A DNA stretch of 64,000 bases from contig OZ251459.1 of assembly GCA_965242525.1 (NCBI GenBank), positions 2,240,001 through 2,304,000 on the forward strand. Reading direction: 5' to 3'. Position 1 is the first letter of the stretch. Every line of letters begins with the position of its first letter. Below are positions 62,791-64,000 of the stretch, in pieces. The notes below the pieces were generated by a model. The model was not told where the DNA came from, did no database searches, and was given only the letters and a program-made list of their open reading frames with translations. The translations under genes were made by a program, and so were the position numbers. Source of the DNA: an uncultured Candidatus Binatia bacterium (GTDB lineage: Bacteria; Desulfobacterota; Binatia; UBA9968; JAJDTQ01).

Positions 62791-62842
62791 CCCCCGTCTC
62801 GATCGTCCAGATGTTCCACAATCCCAAGCCCCCGCGTCCGCT

Positions 62843-63571
62843 TCACGACGGACGCCACTCGCCGAGGACCCGTTGCTGGACCTCCAGTATGCTTCGAATG
62901 CCCGTTCGCGCCAGACCCATCAACTCGTCGAGCCGGTCGGCGCCGAAGGGCTTCTTCTCCGCGGTCCCCTGGACCTCCACGAACTGCCCCGACCCGGTCA
63001 TCACGATGTTCATGTCCACGTCGGCGTTGTTGTCCTCGCCCGCGTCCAGGTCCAGCACCGCCCTGCCCTCCACCACGCCGACGCTGACCGCGGCCAGGCT
63101 GTCCCTGAGCAGGCCCGCGGGCAGGCTCCGGCTCGCCGCCCGCCCTTTCAGGGCGCAGGCCAGGGCCACGTAGGCGCCGCTGATGGACGCGGTGCGGGTG
63201 CCGCCGTCGGCCTGTATGACGTCGCAGTCCAGCCACACCGTCCGTTCGCCCAGGCACTGGAGGTCCGCCACCGAACGGAGGCTGCGTCCGATCAGCCGCT
63301 GGATCTCGTGGGTGCGGCCGCCCGGCCGGCCCCGGGCCGCCTCCCGGGGGATGCGCATGGGCGAGGACGACGGCAACATGCCGTACTCCGCGGTGATCCA
63401 GCCCTTCCCCGTCTTCCGCAGGAACGGCGGCACCCGGTCTTCGACCTTGGCGGTGCAGATGACCCGGGTATCGCCCATCTCGATCAACGCCGAACCGTCG
63501 GCGTGCTTGATGAAGCCGGGCGTGATGCGGATGGGGCGCAGCTCCCGGTCCCCGCGTCCGTCGGCGCGCAT
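62843..63571 (-). CDS. rph: Ribonuclease PH
   Basis: [44 protein letters not shown]. Confidence 0.97.
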   Translation of the reverse strand: MRADGRGDRELRPIRITPGFIKHADGSALIEMGDTRVICTAKVEDRVPPFLRKTGKGWITAEYGMLPSSSPMRIPREAARGRPGGRTHEIQRLIGRSLRSVADLQCLGERTVWLDCDVIQADGGTRTASISGAYVALACALKGRAASRSLPAGLLRDSLAAVSVGVVEGRAVLDLDAGEDNNADVDMNIVMTGSGQFVEVQGTAEKKPFGADRLDELMGLARTGIRSILEVQQRVLGEWRPS

Positions 63572-64000
63572 TACCGACCCGCCCCCCGCAGGTGGAACAC
63601 CACCGTCTTGAGCTCGGTCATCTCTTCCACCGCGTACCGGGGCCCCTCCTTGCCGAAACCCGACTCCTTGAGCCCGCCGTAGGGCATCACGTCTGCGCGC
63701 CACTGAGGTCCCCAGTTGACGTGGAGGTTGCCGGAATCCACCTCCCGGGCGAAGCGCATGGCCCACTCCACGTTCTCGGTGAAGATCCCCGCGGAGAGTC
63801 CGAAGACGGTGTCGTTGGCCAGCGCGATGGCCTCGTCCATGGAGTCGAAGGGGGTGACGCCCACGGCCGGGCCGAAGAGCTCGTCCCGCGAGAGCTTCAT
63901 GTCGCCGGATACGTCGGCCACCACGGTGGGGGCATAGACGGCGCCGTCGCGGGAGCCCCCGGCCACCACCCGGGCGCCCGCGCCCACCGCCTCGTCCACC
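63571..64000 (-). CDS. Aldehyde dehydrogenase family protein (C-terminal part; runs off the window)
   Basis: [33 protein letters not shown]. Confidence 0.93.
   Translation of the reverse strand, partial: VDEAVGAGARVVAGGSRDGAVYAPTVVADVSGDMKLSRDELFGPAVGVTPFDSMDEAIALANDTVFGLSAGIFTENVEWAMRFAREVDSGNLHVNWGPQWRADVMPYGGLKESGFGKEGPRYAVEEMTELKTVVFHLRGAGR

Overview
High-GC bacterial chromosome segment. RpoB/RpoC and gene order look Deltaproteobacteria/Binatota/Myxococcota-like; this is a by-eye inference. Almost everything is on the minus strand. About 7.5-64 kb is core genome, listed in transcription order: aldehyde dehydrogenase (partial), rph, five tRNAs, tig-clpP-clpX-lon, tRNA-Val, a tandem pair of GT-C-like membrane-protein genes, tRNA-Asp, rplM-rpsI, lptFG (plus strand), rlmB, four tRNAs, tuf, rpmG, tRNA-Trp, secE-nusG-rplKAJL-rpoBC, the str/S10/spc/alpha ribosomal cluster (no tufA, rpmD, adk or infA at their usual sites), SPOR protein-trpDCF-folC-lptD and a lone GspD secretin. 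The first 7.3 kb is a visibly lower-GC accessory island. It has two fused IS remnants and a seven-gene envelope operon: LpoB-like, TPR lipoprotein, YcfL-like, CsgG/LpoB-fold-like protein, small lipoprotein, inverse autotransporter with a Calx-beta-like passenger, and a Cys-rich/DUF4189-like lipoprotein. The two best candidates for an undescribed system are this operon, whose first gene carries a G28 tract, and the precise 2.2-kb tandem duplication between tRNA-Val and tRNA-Asp, where one copy is frameshifted at a G18 tract and divergence clusters in predicted external loops. A 1-nt deletion in the essential rpsG shows the assembly probably has indel errors, so the poly-G tracts need read-level checks. 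All family assignments are motif recognition, not database searches.
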